A DNA stretch of 64,000 bases from Lingula anatina (taxonomy: Eukaryota; Animalia; Brachiopoda): NCBI GenBank assembly GCA_051362555.1, contig CM120647.1:14608651-14672650 (forward strand). Reading direction: 5' to 3'. The position numbers and the translations under genes are program-made. Below are positions 44,516 to 58,643 of the stretch, in pieces. Position 1 is the first letter of the stretch. Every line of letters begins with the position of its first letter. The notes beneath the pieces were generated by a model that did no database searches, was not told the origin of the DNA, and was given only the letters and a program-made list of their open reading frames with translations.

Positions 44516-47500
44516 GTGAAGAGGGACAGATAGGGATAGAACATCAAAATACCTCGACCATCCCCCACCTCCTGCTGTCTGTCCACCAGGTAACCCACCA
44601 GGGCGGCGGACGGAATGCTGATGGCGACTTGAACGTAGCCAACCGCGTTAGTATACAGACTAACTGGAATACAAGTAACGAATAGATTTAGGGCTCATTC
44701 CTATAAAACTCCGTAGATCGATCCAAGTCCGTATCTCTCTGAATGCAAGCCGATTAACAGATCAAAACGCCTCTTCCTGGTATTGAATAGAATAAAGAAA
44801 AGCTTTTAATTATACCAGTACGTTTGAAACAAGAGGAGGCGTGTTAATCTGTTAATCTTATTGCATTCAACGAGAGTTCATTCAGCGTTGGAACTACGAT
44901 CTACGTAGAACGATAATTTCTTTGGGAATGAGCCTTAAGACTAAGATAATCTATATCTAAGATTATCTTAATAAGATAATCTATTTTATTTTATGCTTTC
45001 ATAATGGCTGTCTATAAGGTAGTGCAAATTTGATTTAGAATATTTAGGATAAACAACTTTGGTATTTCCTAAGATAAAACTTTTGCAGTTTAAACCACCT
45101 ACCCTGTTCAATATTTTGGTTCGATCTGTAGTCTACGACAGAGTTAAAACTCCCAAAGTACATCATGACGAGAAGTAAGTTACCGGCAAACCAAAGTTCA
45201 CTCCACCAGAACATTGGCTGTTTTAAAATGGATACAAACGACATAGTAGTTTTGTTACTTTTCGAGTTCTCAACAAATGTCATTTTTTCTTCCATGTCTT
45301 TTTCTTTCCAGTCTGTGTGACCCCCGTTTGTGTTTTCACTGGACCGTTTCTCTGTCAACAAACCCTCAATTGCTTTAAGATCACGACTTCTATCTCCTTC
45401 TCCTTTTCCAACTTTTTTCTCTGTTCCTCTCCCCACCGTTACCGTAGACAGACATCTGCAAAAACTGCTTGACGATAAGCAAAAATCCCATTTGTTGTCA
45501 CTGTCTTTTTTGTGGTGACCACCATTTTGTTTGACGTCACTATCGTCAAATGTGACGTCACTTCCGGCATGCACGTAGTGACGTGGAGGTAGAATTAGCG
45601 TGGTTGGAACGGCAATCAGGCACGTCAAGGCGCCGAAAAATATGAGTGACCATCGATACGGGATACCATTGTCATAGGCCAACTGAAACAGTAATGTGGA
45701 TATTTTGTTTTCTAGTTCTTTGCATTTTTATAGTCTTTTAACTCTATGTAAATAAGCCATTGATGAGAACTAAACAAAATCTCGTTATATGATTACCGTA
45801 GAATAATAATAATAATTATAATAATAATAATAATAATAATATTAATAATAATAATAATAAAGTTGTTATTATTATTATTATTATTGTTATTGTTATTTTA
45901 TGGGAATTAGCCTTTCTATGTTTCTAATTCTCTATAAAAATATAAAGGATCAAGTGTTCTTCATCGTATCAATCCCATTACTTTGACCAGCAGAAGACTG
46001 AAGGCACTCATGTTGGCCACCCCGTTCAGCAAGGACCGCAGAGTGGATTTTCTTGTTGGAAACAGCAGAGGCATTGTCATATCGGTGGACAGTAACATCG
46101 CACCTCCAACGAAGTGGCAGGAGGCGCCCGGGAAGAGCACCCATTCTAAGCCTGAGAAGACGCACAGCTTTTAAGTGAAAGGAGGTGGAAAGAACGAAAG
46201 ATATGTCACTGATATGGAAACAGGCAGAGAAATACATGTAGGCGTAGAATTGTCCACCAGCCATTCGCTCATTTTACCTTTAAGGATTTTTAAGAGATAT
46301 TTAAAGCGCCCATTAGGTGTTGTCTCTTATAAAAATCGTTTTAGAAAATGTTCTTTTTTCAATGGTTGTTACAGTGTATGAAAAAAGTTAAAAAAAAAAC
46401 TAAAAAGATAATACTTAATTTGTTTTTGCTATATTGATTCTTCATTGTGAGCTTGTCAGCAGAAGAATGCGTATGCATGCCTTCCGACGACATGCCACTT
46501 TTACCTTGGGCTGCGTTATTTTAGTTGTGCTAACATTGTCAGCTTTTAATGCGCCGACATTTGAGCTGTAAATGTATCTTGAACATGTTCCACGTGATGT
46601 CAACATGACCCGTATACGTGTGTAGAATATATTACCTGCGGCAGTATATCTTACCTGGTCTAGACAGCGCCATCAAGATGAGCCCACCTGCGCTGAATGC
46701 GCTGAAAAATTAAAATAAAACAACATGTTATACATTGTCTAACGGAAAATTAAAGGTGTCTCTGGGAATTGTTTCACTGTTACTAGGACTACGGTGACTG
46801 GGTATTATATACGTAGTCTTCATATCATTGGAGGCGTTGAATAGTCCCTTTATGCCTATGCCATGCTTTGTGCTTTGAATGCCTAATGCCAATCTACAGC
46901 CTTACCTGACATGAGACAAAATAATTGGAGACATCTTTAGTTTCAATTTATCATTATAGGTTAGATAACAGTTGAAAACAATTATTAATGCACGACATGT
47001 TGTAAATCTATCTCATAGAAAGTCTTTCGAACCAGAACGCCCATCTGACTGCGACATTTGACATTTAATCGATGTTACTAACGGCGGTAAAATATAGAAA
47101 GCTATATTGATCAGCTATTGCACTGCGACAGTTGTGGCCAGCTAGCAAGCTTTAAAGCGTATGGTAGTCTTCTACTCTCTAACAGATGGCAATGGGGTTA
47201 GAGGGTGATTTCTGAGTAACAAGTCTCACAACACAGATGTATGAGCACAGACTTAGCCAGAGATATATCTGTGCATACCTGGTGTAAAATGTCTGGTAGA
47301 GCGCAGTAGACTCCGCCATAGCGCGGACGCATGGGAGTTTGTGTGTTAGTGCGTGAGTGTGCACGTGACGGAGGGGGGGGGAGGAGGGTAGTACATGTCT
47401 ACAGAAATGAGTGAGGGGAGAATCCTGCAGACGACATTGCTTCCTGCGCTTACAAGTTACAGTTGTACGTGTTTGATAGCCAGTTTTAAAATGTATGTGT

Positions 47501-47974
47501 GTGTGCACGCACACGCGCGTCTGTGTGTGAGGGGGGGGTGGTGGTGGTGGTGGTGGTGTGATTCCCTCCTATCTCGCACACCCATGTATTCTACACCTAC
47601 ATGTACCATGGGGACCAATACACTTACATACTGACGGCCCGAACACACGCTGTCCCACAGTGGTCATAGATATACCCCATCAGCGGCATCAGCACCTGCA
47701 TGAAGATAGCCACCGTGAAGACCAAGTTTAGCATCTCCTCCTGCTCTGGACACTCGTGGGAGATCCTGACGTCGAAGTCTTCCCCGTACGAGCGGTTGTA
47801 CCTGCTGATGACCGCCGCTGTCGAGTTGGAGCAGAGGTGGGAGTATAAGTGGGAGTCTTTGAAGATATACACCAGCGCCGGCCATCCCTGGAGGCTCCCG
47901 CAATACAGGGTACCTTCTAGTAAGACCAGGGTCACCGTCAGCGTCTTGTACAGGCGCTCAGGCATGCGTTCCAT
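41981..47974 (-). CDS. SLC43-family MFS transporter (LAT3/LAT4/SLC43A3-like), 8 coding exons
   Basis: Exons (minus) 47974-47628, 46701-46655, 46151-45982, 45682-45103, 44663-44553, 43572-43404, 42848-42725, 42121-41981 are phase-consistent GT-AG. SLC43 hallmarks: [22 protein letters not shown]...[47 protein letters not shown]. The paralogue cannot be assigned by eye. Confidence 0.88.
43703..43918. mobile_element. Degenerate palindromic MITE
   Basis: CATTCCCACAGATTT / AAATCTCTGGGAATG ends and an internal CTGTCAGC / GCTGACAG inverted pair. Confidence 0.55.
44691..44935. mobile_element. PIF/Harbinger-like MITE in an SLC43 intron
   Basis: GGGCTCATTCC / GGAATGAGCCT ends, extended internal symmetry (CGTAGATCG / CGATCTACG, GAATGCAA / TTGCATTC, ATTAACAGAT / ATCTGTTAAT), TTA/TAA flanks. 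Confidence 0.7.
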
Positions 47975-48327
47975 TTTTTCTCTCTCACTGCGTTGAGCGT
48001 CGGGTTCAAATCACCCTTCCACTGCGCTGAAGGCCGATCAATAGTGGTGTTGTTGTGGTGTTGTTGAGTTCGTTTCACCGAGTCCCTGGTAATAAAAATG
48101 AAATATAAACATTGCTCTGTTTACCTTGGAAAAACACGCTGTGATGACTCTAATGAGGGTGTAACAGAATTTGCAGTTGATAAAAAAATGCAGCGCCCTT
48201 TAGATGATACAACGGGTTTTTAATGAGTTTAGTCTAGCAAGCAGGGTGGGCATTGACTTGCGTATGTTTTACTGTAAGGGTCGTACGTGAGCATGCTTAA
48301 CGTTGCTGGCCTAAGCTATTAATTCGA

Positions 48328-48366
<39 letters not shown>

Positions 48367-49339
48367 CGGGGGCTTCGAAAGAACAGCACTTTTTGCTGGG
48401 AAAAGGTCCACTCTGGATAAAATTTGATCTAGGTACAAGAAGGTTTTATGGTAAAAAGTCCACTTTTTCAGAAAACGAACCCCCCATTTGAAATTGCTGG
48501 CTAGGGGCCTGCGATGAGGTAACATTTAACCGGGTTTTATAACAGCGCTGCCACTTGGTTTTCATATTATAGTAAAATATTAACGTAAGGGTCACGCATG
48601 CCACGTCTTTGTCAGTTGCACTGCTACATTTAGACTGCACTGCTGCACTGCCTCCATGCAATTGAACGTCTGCGTGGGTAGATAACGACTAATATTCAGA
48701 CTGCTGCAGACGATATAAATAATATCAATATTTCGAAACGAAGACCCATTCTACAAATAAGCGCAGACGGGGTATGGGATAATTTGCCGGGCAGCTATAA
48801 TTTAAAGTGGTGATGACCGCTTGACCGTCTGACCGTCAGTTAGTAATATCTACCTGTATACGCAGGATGGTCGTAAGCTAACAACTGCAGCTTTATTATG
48901 CTTTGCTTATGCAGCAATAATGGTCTTTGGACTATCAAAACCAAGCTGACTTGAAGCTCAAATTTAGGTTATTTATGTGCGTGTGTGTGTGCGTGTGTAC
49001 GTGTGTGTGTGCGTGCGGTCAAGTGATGTAATTCCTACCTTCTTATTTCTAAACAGATGACTGCGTACTGCGTACACCTATACCGATAGCGATTTAATTG
49101 GCTTTCCAGCGCATGCTTTTTTGGACCCCCATCCTTTTAAACATTCATCGAGCGCTTTCTAGCAAGGTTCATTCTATTCACGTGTATGTGTGACGGCATG
49201 TCTTGTATACCTACTCGTTTTCTGGACACCATACATGCAGCAAGTTAAGTCGCATTCCTGAACATGCCTTTAAGGTCCAAGATCTCTTAATGTTCACCAG
49301 AGCGCTTTCCCCCCACAATCAACCCCAGGTTTCACTTAC

Positions 49340-49460
49340 GTTACACGCTGTTGTAAAGACTGTACATATCACATTCAGCAGTCGTCGCGTATCAAAACAA
49401 CGTCGGTCTGCAGCCTGCACACTCCGCAACAGATGTCTGTCAAAGATTTTGTTTTATATA
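49340..49460 (-). promoter_or_regulatory. Candidate proximal TATA promoter and non-coding first exon of the SLC43 gene
   Basis: TATATAAAA on minus at 49452-49460 and a GTAAGTG donor starting at 49339. The acceptor of the ATG-containing exon is at 48086-48088. Confidence 0.45.
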
Positions 49461-50536
49461 GGGTTAAAACATGTTACGCGTGTTGCTAATTTTTCACTGC
49501 ACATTAAAATACGTCCCTTAGGCCTAGTTCACCCCGCACGAACGTGCAGGGCTCTCAAAGTTCCAGTTATCATTTTTGCTATCTTTTGTCAACATCTTCT
49601 GTCTCGAAAGGTTAGAGGATGGCCCGGTGAGTTCGTCATCTGAATGATAAGGTTGGCCCCAACGTTTCGGTTATTCACCCATGGCTTTTGGTATCTAGTA
49701 TTTATTTGGCAAAGTTTTAAAACAAATCTAACGCGTGTGCCCTATTTAGATGGCTGTGAAGGGGAACAGAGAAGGCAGAGTGGGCTGTATTCATCTCCTT
49801 TTTGTATAATAAGCTTCTTTTTACCTCTAGAAATAGTCATGGGCGCCGCATCGCAATTAGTTTCGGGCTACGGCAAGTTTTTAATGAATATTTACAAGAA
49901 GTGCGGGTGCCGGGCCATTTTTCCGACATGACCTTGAGTTCACGAGGGGCAAATCGGTATTTCAATGGAAACGTGATCGCGCAGAGCCCTTTCAGTTTCT
50001 GAGCAGTTACCGAACGCCTTCCATGCGGCTTCTTTGAAGATCGGTATTTTGCAGGTGTAGCCCCATGCGATTTGTTTTACCTATGGGGCCAGAATAAGGA
50101 AAAGCACGATTTACAATCCAAGCAAATGGAATACACTTAATTTTAAACATCTTTACTATGCGTTATGCCTCCTAAACCGACAAAAGTGGAAAGGAAAGAG
50201 GCAATTAAACAACAGGTTCAACCGTGAGCATGATTACCGGAAGTCCAAAGAACAACAATGCCTGGACGGGAACTGTGTAATGCCATCTACGATTTTAATA
50301 ATGATAAGGGCTTACGAGTTCAAAAAATTTAAAAGTTTTAGGTCGACTCTCGGGTTAAAAGCCGATGACGTACCTGCAACTGCATCCGTATACCTCTTAC
50401 TGTCTCGTCCTTGGATTGAGATATTCGTGAAGTCTTGAAGGGGCTCGCTCTGCGCTTGCACAACCAGAGTCTTGCTGCGTGTCTGCACGTTCTTGTTGAA
50501 AATCTATTGTCTTCCAGAGGTTACACACAGACTGGC

Positions 50537-50546
50537 GTCACGTGAC
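50537..50546. promoter_or_regulatory. Perfect palindromic GTCACGTGAC E-box (CLEAR/MiT-TFE/USF type)
   Basis: Direct reading. It lies ~165 bp upstream (minus strand) of a CAG|GTACGT donor near 50373, a candidate distal first exon of the SLC43 gene. Confidence 0.5.
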
Positions 50547-51615
50547 GTTCACACGGTCCACTGAAGAAGGGGACGACCCCGTGATCGGAGCTTAAAATAC
50601 TGCCTTCACACAGATGCTTGATTGCTTTACCCAAAGCATATACCACAGCCTGTGATGTATCTAAATTTAAACTGTCATTTCAGTCAGAGTATGAGATATA
50701 ATGAAATTAAATTCATTTCATTATGATGACAGTGTCGCGTTTGTCGGGTTTTCGATGTTACTAGATCAAATAAGTCGGCCATTCGTGATACATACAGCGT
50801 GTTCTAACACAGGCATGTGCGAACTTAATTATGATTCCATTACATCACGGAGGGACCAAGCACAACGTAGACCAAAATACCACTCGAAGACAAAAAGTAT
50901 ACACATGAAAAATGAAAATATTTTCAATGAAAATGTAAACGTCTTCGCTTGGAATGTGCTGAAAGCCAGACGGAACGAGGAGTCGTTCATTTTAGTATTT
51001 AGCATTTAAGCAATTTAGCATCTGAACGAAGACCGACACAAGCGAACTGTAATAATATTAATAACAGAAATTATAACCTAATTAGGAAATATAAGAATAT
51101 ACATTTAATTGATTTCTATCCTAGACATAATGACACGTTAGTATGTTTTAGATTTTAATATAAGTCACTAATGATCATCAAAATTTAGAGTTAAGATCAC
51201 AAGTTAACTTGAATCCGTTTCCATTCAGCAGGCACAAATTAATTAAATAAAAGCTGTTGTTTAACCTGTTTCTGGCTTTAGTGACGTAAACGGTTCACGA
51301 CTGGAAGCAAGACGTGGAGTACTTTCACGTACCAGTGTTCAGCACATATCAGTTGTATACGTACCCCGTACACTGCATATATTTAGGTCACATCGATCGA
51401 TCGTGTCCTGGTAAGTTTATCAAATACTGTATGTGTGGAAACATACCTCACCAATACTTCAACTTAACCAGGCCAAGATAAATGTTCAGAGATTACACGT
51501 AAAGCTTTTCTACCACGAGTTTGATTGATAAAGGATTGCACTGTGGTTCAAATACGTCTTTTGTTTTCCACACACACACACACACACACACAAAAAAAAA
51601 AAAATAAATAAAAAA

Positions 51616-51658
<43 letters not shown>

Positions 51659-52446
51659 AAAAAGAGTGATATAGCTTCATGCGTGAGGCGAAGTCCAAGG
51701 AGAGTTGTAGTTGGTCGTAGACATGTATTAACACTGTCCAGAAATCGAGATCAAGTAATGCATTTTTCTTCTGGTTCGTTTCAGACCGAAACCGAACTGA
51801 TTATGTCTGAACGCGCTTACAAAGATAACAAAGATTTCTATGTGACGAGCGTCTGGATGAGTATACAGACATAAATTATATTTATATCAACACACAGCAC
51901 AAATACCCGCATATTCTACTAAAGTAGGACAACCTGTGGAATAAATGATATGATATTAATAATGTACATAAATGCAAATCAGAGTGTGTCAAAACTGATT
52001 TTAATTACTGTATCAACTACTACATATAAATATTAATGATAAGTTTATGGAAATCATGCACCTAGTAACCAAGAAGTCGAAGTTACACAAGGAATTACTG
52101 AAGATAAAACGTAAAAAGGTCAGGTTTTTCGTAACTGGTTAAAGAAAGTGGCATGGACATGTTAAGAAAACATTCTAATTTAAACGTTGGCACTTGCTTC
52201 TTCCCTGTCTGCTCTGTTTACTTGAAACGTCTATCAACACATTCCTGCCAACACAACCAGCGTGGATTTTGTATCTTTTTATTTCACGATCGCTAAATTG
52301 GGTTGAAAAAACACAGGGTCACATGTCCGACAGAAATCATTTTGGGCTCTGCCTTCAAAAAGTTCAAAGTCCATCTTGGTCAACAAACGCAAACAGATTA
52401 ATTGCATTTAAAGGGTAGATAAAAAGAAATCTGTAATTCAAACGAA

Positions 52447-52503
<57 letters not shown>

Positions 52504-55500
52504 GAAGTGTGGTAGCATTAGTAGTATTCGATGATAGTTTCAAAATCAAATATACCGAGGTTTGGCAAACACTTTTCCTACCCTGACCCCCCCCTTTTTA
52601 TTGTCTAATCGGGAATTAAGTGGCAAACCTCTAGTGGGTCGCCATATTTGATCCGCGGATCTGTTAGTTCCGCTGTTCTTTATGCGCTCTATGTTATGGA
52701 GTATACAGACATGTGATGACATAGGCTGATCTGGATAGTAACAATCATGCAAATGCCACGTTCATTTGATTGTGCAACCCTCATTGCGTCAGATGATATT
52801 GGCAGCACAACAAACACAATCAAAGATACAATTTGGAAAGTAATCATACCATTTGAAAGTTTAAAAAATGCAGAAAAATGATCTAGAACGAATACCGATG
52901 GGCATTATATAATGCACTTTAGACTAAATTAAGCAGAGATATCACTTTATATAATTGCTTTTGAGCTGAAGACCTCATGGATCTAAATCCAGTCATCAGT
53001 GCACGCTTTCTACGCAACTCAGATTGCGTGAAGTCAGCGTAGAGTATATGTTACGGAGTATAATAGGCATGTGATGTCATAGGCTGATCTAGATAGCAAA
53101 TCAGTGCGGCAGAAGATAGCATTCATGGAAATCTGCTGGCGGATTGAATCGAATCATAGATCAATCTGCAGCCAGCGACGAGAGACCTCGGGTGTTAATG
53201 GGTTAATGGGCAGATGATGTTTCAAACCAAGATAAAAAATGCGGTAATAAAAAGCATCTGTTGGAGAAAGCTTAGAATGGCATTCTAGTATATAACATGT
53301 GTGTAGGATGAGGAATATGCCCAGGGTGTAAATACTCTAAATATAATGAACAGCTTAATGGGTCATTTGCCAATCACATATTGATCATTCGATAATAGCG
53401 TCATCAAAGGGAATACGGGTTTATTTGACGGAATCAGGTCTGTGGGCCGTTGACCTATCATGACTCAATGTCAGTGGGTCAGTTTGAGAAGTAATGGGTC
53501 ATTACCGCACCTGGTGAACACTGAAGTGAAAGGTGTCTTTCTTTTAATGACCAGGGCAAAACACTGAATATCTTCCATGCCTAAAACATTATTTGCATTT
53601 TCCTTCATAACTGGCTTGAATTAATATGGCAGCATAACTTTTCCTTTCGTTTTCCATGCTAGTATTGGAAAAGGTAGTTATACTGACAAATAATGAATCA
53701 CTGGGCGAGGGAACTCATTATTTCATTCTGTGTATCAATTTGTCCGTAAGTTAGGTCTTTTATTTTTTATAATAATAATAATAATAATAATTAATTAATA
53801 AAATTAATTAATAATTTAATTAAAATTAATTAATAATAATAATTATTATTATAAAACTTAAATTATTATTGTTTTTCTAACAATCATAATACTTTTTTTG
53901 TCCACTTTTTCTCCATCCCTCCAGAACAGCAGCTCAACCCTTCAAAAACCCAATATAAAGGTTTGAAATGCGTGTATATATACATGTACGTGTATATGCC
54001 TCATAAACTGTAACGGTGACGAATATATTTTGAAGAAAAGCTTTATTTGCTCAACGCAAAAATTGCTTTCAGTGCTAAAATTACTGCCTCGCGCTTGACT
54101 CTCTTTTGGTGCCAAAGAGACCGACGAGTAGTCTTCGAATATTCCATATCCTGCTCTGCTTGTCCGATGGTAATTGCAGTGCGTTATTTCCCCTTGATTT
54201 TCTGCACAGTATACTGAGCATAATGTTGTTCACTGGCTCTCATTCCAGCCGTGGTGATACAAATGAGCCGTTTTCAATAGAACCGCTCAGATGACGCGGT
54301 GAGTGGTCATAAAAATAAAACACCTGCAAGGAGTGAAACGTTCCAACTTTTGGTAGGAAATGTATTATTAAATCAGCTCTTTTTCATCCGCATCTTCGTC
54401 AACTTAAATTTCCTCTCCTGTTTTAAAATAAAATAAAAAAAATGCATTCCTATACCGTTGCAATTACAGGGAATTTAAGCAAGCGATAGATTTATCGTAG
54501 ACTGCAGCCACCCCAGTACGTGCAGACTTCCAGCAGAGTTATTGCTACCTTGCACCATTTTGTTACTCATGTACAATGAAACTGAAAGAATAATTTGAAG
54601 CCAAACTTAACATGCGTTATGTAGCAAATTGGAAATCAAATGCTTAAGGAAACCTGATCCTCAGGTACGAAATCAAATTATCTGAATATAAAGGAAACTC
54701 ATGGTTCATCAGTCTTTCAGCCCACGACATGTGTATGTCCACTAATATATTGGGTGTTTGATAACATAGCGTATAAGCATGCATTATCGATGCACCACCT
54801 TCATAGGTAAAGATAATAACATATTTAAACCTAAAACGCACCTTCGGCTTAATCCGTATAACGACATTATAAGGGGAAAACCGATTAGAAAATGGAGATT
54901 GGGATATGACAGTTTTACTGCGTGTTATTGGAAAGGGTACGGAATAACAAATGTTGTGCTATTGTGTCAACGTAGAACAACGGTTTCAGGGGTATATTGG
55001 TTGAATATCTTTCGTCTAACAAATCTAATTATTCACTCCATAACGAAATCCTATGGGATTCAGAATTCAACTCCACCTTAACCCTGTCAAGTCTTTTCAA
55101 AATCTTGTTCAGTCTCGAGCTAGATAATTCGGTAAGTCTTGCGCATAAAACCAGAAAAAAAAAAAAAAAAACAGAGCAGAGGTAATGATTGCTCAAAATA
55201 CATATACATTTCGGCCATTAAAGGATAAAACTAAACATAATTGTTCACATGCACACCCGTGAAAGCAAAGTGGAGCGTCATATTGGCAGCGACATCTTTG
55301 ATGAGTTTGTCATAATGTCGTAGCATTTCAAATTTACCACGCATTTATTCCGTTTTACTCTTCTTCATCGTTTATGACGACATTCTTCCTTTTGTCGAAG
55401 AAAGTTTAACCTCTGTGCTGGAAGCCAGTTACGACGTCATATGACGTCATGTCTGAGTGATGACGTCAAGTCTGAGCGATGACGCCGTGTAGAAGAATTC

Positions 55501-57039
55501 TCACTTGACATATACATACAACTGACGAATAGACAGAGAAAATGCTTTTAAATATATGACACGGTCGTAGCCAAATGCCTTACCAAGAACAACGCAAAAA
55601 CTCACTGATAAGCTATCGAAAACACTATGTCAGCATAGGAAGAGACAAATTTATAAGGCACGAGTCACAGAATATCTAGTGAAAAAATTCTCCCTGTGAA
55701 TATGGTTGTCAAACCTATGCATTATATAGTGTCATATGCATACCGTGTGACACATATGAGCAGAATCAAATGTCACCTGTACAATTATATCTTCGTCTTT
55801 ACTTTATTTCTGTTAATTCCCATTCTAAGCGTATCCCTGTATTACAAATTATCGCTCATTTCTGTAGCGCGTTGCAAGCATCTCTTTAAGAAGAACAATG
55901 CAATTACCTTAGCTGCCTTAAAGGCAGTTACATAAAGGTAAGTTAACCCATTTATAACTGGATGCTTACGGGATCCCTTATTATGTGACCCACATGCATA
56001 TACTCATTTAACTCTATGTGTTTGCCTAAGCACTGAAAAAATGCATTTCACGTATGAGTGTTATCACACGTTACCACCGGCAATACGGAAATAGGACACC
56101 TCACAACACACCGTGTAGAATAAATCAGTTCTCTAACAGATTTCTATGCAAGATATGGTAACCGTTCTGGCGTAATGCTCAGTGAAATGAAACGCATACT
56201 AGAGCAACCTTTCAGATTTAGTGTCATTCTGCATAGAATTGCCTTCTTTGTCTGGTGGCGATGACTGTTATGTGACATGACGGTTTTTATTTAACATTCT
56301 TATCAACGGTTGCAGGTCTCGTATGTGAAAGAAAATCACACCGCAAATGCTGCATATTGAACAATTTGACCGTGTACTATTCATATTTGAATATCGTATT
56401 ATCAAAGGACCGAGGAGCAACTTTCAGGTAAAACGGCTTCTAAAAGGCAGCGCCGATAACAATTGTTCTTGAACATTTATAGCAATTAAAGCAAATGATC
56501 ACTTAACGTCTCAATTCCATGCATTAAGAGCAAATTAGACATATGCAGTAAAATAAATAATTAAAAAATATATCTGTCCGACGTCTTTCTGTTACTGCGT
56601 TTACATTTTCATTAAAAAAAAAAAAAAAAAAAAAAAAACGACAATGCAATCAGTTAACTATAGGATAACCGAGAGCACTGACTTCCGTCAAGCTAAATAA
56701 TTAACTTGTAATTAGACATTAATTAAGTATAGGATGCTCGTCAAATTCGTATCGATTGTAAGTTTGTCCATTTCTGGCCTATCTCGAAAAATTCATCAAA
56801 ATAAGACCATGTTATGGTACTAATTAACAGCCAGAGACAGTAATGAAAACACTTACGGAACCAATAATTGGCTGGTGTAAATAATGTTTAGATTGAAGTT
56901 ATATAGAATGCACTTAGAGCTTATTTAATTTACTTACAATTAATCATTAAAAGATAAATAGTGTAATTGCATTTTACAGTAGGTAATGGGAAAATACAGT
57001 ATAAAACTTGGCAACATTTGATAATAAATTTAATAATAA

Positions 57040-58262
57040 AAATATATTTAATAATATATTTATTTAAAGTCTAAAATCCATAAAATATGTTCTGTAGACT
57101 TAACAAACTAAAAACTTAAAACACAGTAAGATGAATTGAATTAATACAATTATGACTTAATAGTCTGAGTTAAGATAATGATGTCCAGTTAATATTTCCG
57201 AGTTATAAAATGTTCTTTAATAAAATGTCTTAAAAAGGTATGTTTTAAAGCTTTTTTAAAATCCTTCACTGAGCTAATGCTTCTCAAGTCTACAGGTAAT
57301 TTATTCCACTCATGTGGTGCCGCGTACTGGAATGATTTTTCGCCAAAAGATTTTAGTCTTGCGTTCTGTGGTTTTAGTAATAATTGATCCTTAGATCTTA
57401 AGGTACGATTTGGTGTGTAATGAGATACAAGATAAAATCTGGTGCAGGTCCATAAAAAGCCGCATGAGCATGAGTTTAATGTTTGAATAAGATCCGGGCG
57501 TTTACAGGTAGCCAGTGAAGTTGTTTTAATATTGGTGTCATGTGATTCTCCATAGAAGTTCGGGTAAGAAGACGTGCTGATATATTTTGAATGCGTTGGA
57601 CTTTCTTTGTTCTTTCTGTGCCGCATCCATAAAGCAAGGAGTTACAGTAATCAAGCCTTGATGTTACTAGGGCATGAATGACCGTGGCAGTGGCAGAATC
57701 TGTTAAATTATTTCGTAGGGAACTGAAGTTTCTTATGTGATACAAACAAGATTTTTTCACGTTGGCTATCTGCTTGTCCATGTTTAAAGTAGTATCAAAA
57801 TACACCCCCAGGTTTTTTGCATGAGGAGAAACCCCAACTATTGCAGATCTAATTTGTAGAGGTAGTCCTTCAGCTAAGTGTTTTGAGTGAGGTTGAGTGA
57901 TGACCATGAAGTCTGTTTTTTCATCATTTAATTTTAGTTTACCTTTGATCATCCATTCTTGCAAATCTGAAGTGGCATAGGTCATTCTAGTTATTGCATC
58001 TCCAGGCTTAAGAATATCACAGTTAAGGTACAACTGGGTGTCGTCTGCATATATATGTGGTAGCCAACTTGATGATATCGTAGTATAGCACCCAAGGGTA
58101 GTGTGTAAATGCAAAATTTAATTGGTCCAAGAACGCTGTCCTGTGGAACACCAAAAAGCATTTGCTCAAGATCTGAAAATACACCGTTGATGGATATCTG
58201 CTGTGTTCTACCAGTAAGATAAGAGCGTAGAAGAGACAACGCCATCCACTGACATTTTTCCA
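57040..58262 (-). mobile_element. Degraded 5'-truncated CR1/L2-clade LINE related to the RFC1 intronic element
   Basis: Frameshifted pieces [56 protein letters not shown] and SFQYAAPHEWNKLP. Shares the 3' tail TTTTATGGATTTTAGACTT with the 6831-8345 copy. Confidence 0.9.
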
Positions 58263-58373
58263 TACTACTCGTAGATGACAAAAGGTTCCTGGCTCAGTGC
58301 TGACTTTTAAATTAACCGTTTCTCTGTTCTCATAGCGCTCTCCCTCTAGAAATTCTGAGGAATAGGGGCCTAG

Positions 58374-58643
58374 CAAAGGCGTATTTAGGGGGTGTCAGGG
58401 GGGTCCTGCCCCCTCGATTTCTGAAAAAAAATTCACACCAATGGTATAAAAATATTGAAATACGAATATTGCCTAGCTGAATCAAAGTTCTAAACCGTAC
58501 CAAATGGTACCGTTCGCCCTCTAAAAGACCAAGAATTTTCTGGGCCTTTCAGCGGGCCCCAAACCCCAGGCCAAGGGGGGGGGGGGGGAGGGTCGGCTTC
58601 GCATACCCGGATCCCCCTTCAAATAATTCTGGATCCGCCCCTG
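58374..58643. mobile_element. MITE of the CAGGGGCGGATCCAG family
   Basis: Right end CTGGATCCGCCCCTG and a decayed left end CAAAGGCGTATTTAGG. Flanks CCTAG / CATAG give a 5-bp TSD with one mismatch. A related internal fragment lies at ~60600-60695. Confidence 0.6.

Noticed and set aside
52550-53205. Possible piggyBac-like element ending GGGTTAA, with an internal ~30-bp direct repeat
   Set aside because: The left terminus and TSD could not be identified.
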